A stretch of 63,989 nt of DNA, counting the filler, from Perkinsus olseni (Eukaryota), in the NCBI GenBank assembly GCA_013115125.1. It is 4 parts of 4 records of this genome, joined end to end, with 100 filler letters (N's around TTAATTAATTAA, not from the genome) between each part and the next. Parts side by side here need not be neighbours in the genome. Positions count along the whole stretch, not along the records: positions 48,199 to 63,989 come from JABANN010000694.1; 3 more parts are not named here. One strand, 5' to 3'. This document shows, in pieces, positions 62,998 through 63,989 of the stretch (position 1 is the first letter of the stretch; every line of letters starts with the position of its first letter). Both the position numbers and the translations under genes were made by a program. The notes below the pieces were generated by a model. That model was not told the DNA's origin. It worked only from the letters and a program-made list of their open reading frames with translations, and searched no databases.

Positions 62998-63603
62998 TCA
63001 GCAGTCGCAGAACAAACGAATCGGCTGATCACCAATGAGCAAATCAATGGAATCGTTTTCCTTGCCATTCCTGGAGGGAGTGAAGGACACCATCCTGAAG
63101 TCACTTTTCCGGGCCTTGAAGAAATCGCCGAACTTCTTGTTGAATCTTATGATCACCCCCGGGCGCTTCTCGTTGTCCGGAGTGGCCTTAATTTCGATTG
63201 ATTCACCGAAGGGAAGAGAGATCTCTGAATGCACGACTTGATATAAGCTTGGGCTAATCTCCAGAGAAAATATGAAAATGGCGTGCGGACTAGCACCCGT
63301 GACCTTCGAGCCCCAAAACGTCAAGCGTGCCTTATCGGTAGAGTTGAAGAAAGTTAGCTCAGCCATTAGACTTCTGCCGTTGATCGTGTTATTCGGGCGC
63401 GTTACATACCTGTGCCCACGCATTCTTTCTTCAAGATCATGAACAAGTTGTCCTCTCTGCTCTTCGACACTCATCATGATTTCTTTTCTCCACCGCTCAT
63501 CATGATGAGCAGCCATTTTCCCGAGAACTTTCCCTTGAAGGCGGCCCCATATGGAGGCGGAGATGCTGCTGCACAGGACAGGAATGAGTATAACGCGCAT
63601 CAT
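62998..63603 (-). CDS. Secreted hypothetical protein, tRNA-linked family
   Basis: Signal peptide; clear paralog of 53578-54189. Confidence 0.85.
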   Translation of the reverse strand: MMRVILIPVLCSSISASIWGRLQGKVLGKMAAHHDERWRKEIMMSVEEQRGQLVHDLEERMRGHRYVTRPNNTINGRSLMAELTFFNSTDKARLTFWGSKVTGASPHAIFIFSLEISPSLYQVVHSEISLPFGESIEIKATPDNEKRPGVIIRFNKKFGDFFKARKSDFRMVSFTPSRNGKENDSIDLLIGDQPIRLFCDC

Positions 63604-63989
63604 GAAAAAAGGGACGTGAGGATAATCGGCAATCGCTCGACTGAAACGATGATCGTGCGGTCGATTTCCTATTGCGTTTCTATGGCGAGCGATGTTTCAC
63701 CATTCCTTTGGCCACGGATGGCTTTCAGAACTACGACATCCAACAGACATTAGTTGATTGCCAGAACGCAACAACCCTCGAGAGGTTGGAAGATGCGTAT
63801 GAGAGAGCTAAGGAACGCCGGCGAGACGGGTGCAGGGACCCTGCGCGTGACGCCGGGTGCGTTGCCCCCCGGGGGGGGGCCCCGGGGGGGGGGGGGGGCA
63901 CAGGGGGGGGGGCGGGGGGGTTATAATAATAATCACGTGTTTTGTAAAATCCGACAACCCGGGGGGGGTTGAGGGGGAGGAGAAAATAA

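Noticed and set aside
63860-63989. G/C homopolymer tract as a G-quadruplex element
   Set aside because: Lies at a contig end and looks like low-quality sequence

Overview
Eukaryotic DNA, very likely a perkinsid (Perkinsus-like myzozoan alveolate). This rests on short GT-AG introns, a nucleus-encoded plastid SufB, an ApiCOX19-like gene and lineage-specific secreted gene families. The window is four unrelated contigs of about 16 kb (1-15981, 16082-32056, 32157-48098, 48199-63989) joined by artificial N44-TTAATTAATTAA-N44 linkers, so no adjacency across linkers is real. Contigs 1, 2 and 4 are rich in transposon relics and secreted-protein genes. They include a LINE with RT, RNase H and an embedded Tudor-like domain, hAT relics, DNAI3/WDR63 plus a decayed partial copy, CLP1, a subtilisin, and tRNA-Ser/secreted-gene cassettes. 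Contig 3 is AT-rich, microsatellite-rich and dense in housekeeping genes (PDK, GNAT-Tudor-PHD, SufB, Rieske-reductase fusion, SMYD, NUS1, RNase HII, TIM9). The most striking unexplained structure is a recurrent 22-nt scar: 7 nt of an 8-mer, its reverse complement, then the other 7 nt. Longer palindromes with a 1-nt spacer also recur. Both match hairpin-mediated hAT excision footprints and are absent from paralogous copies within the window where a comparison is possible.
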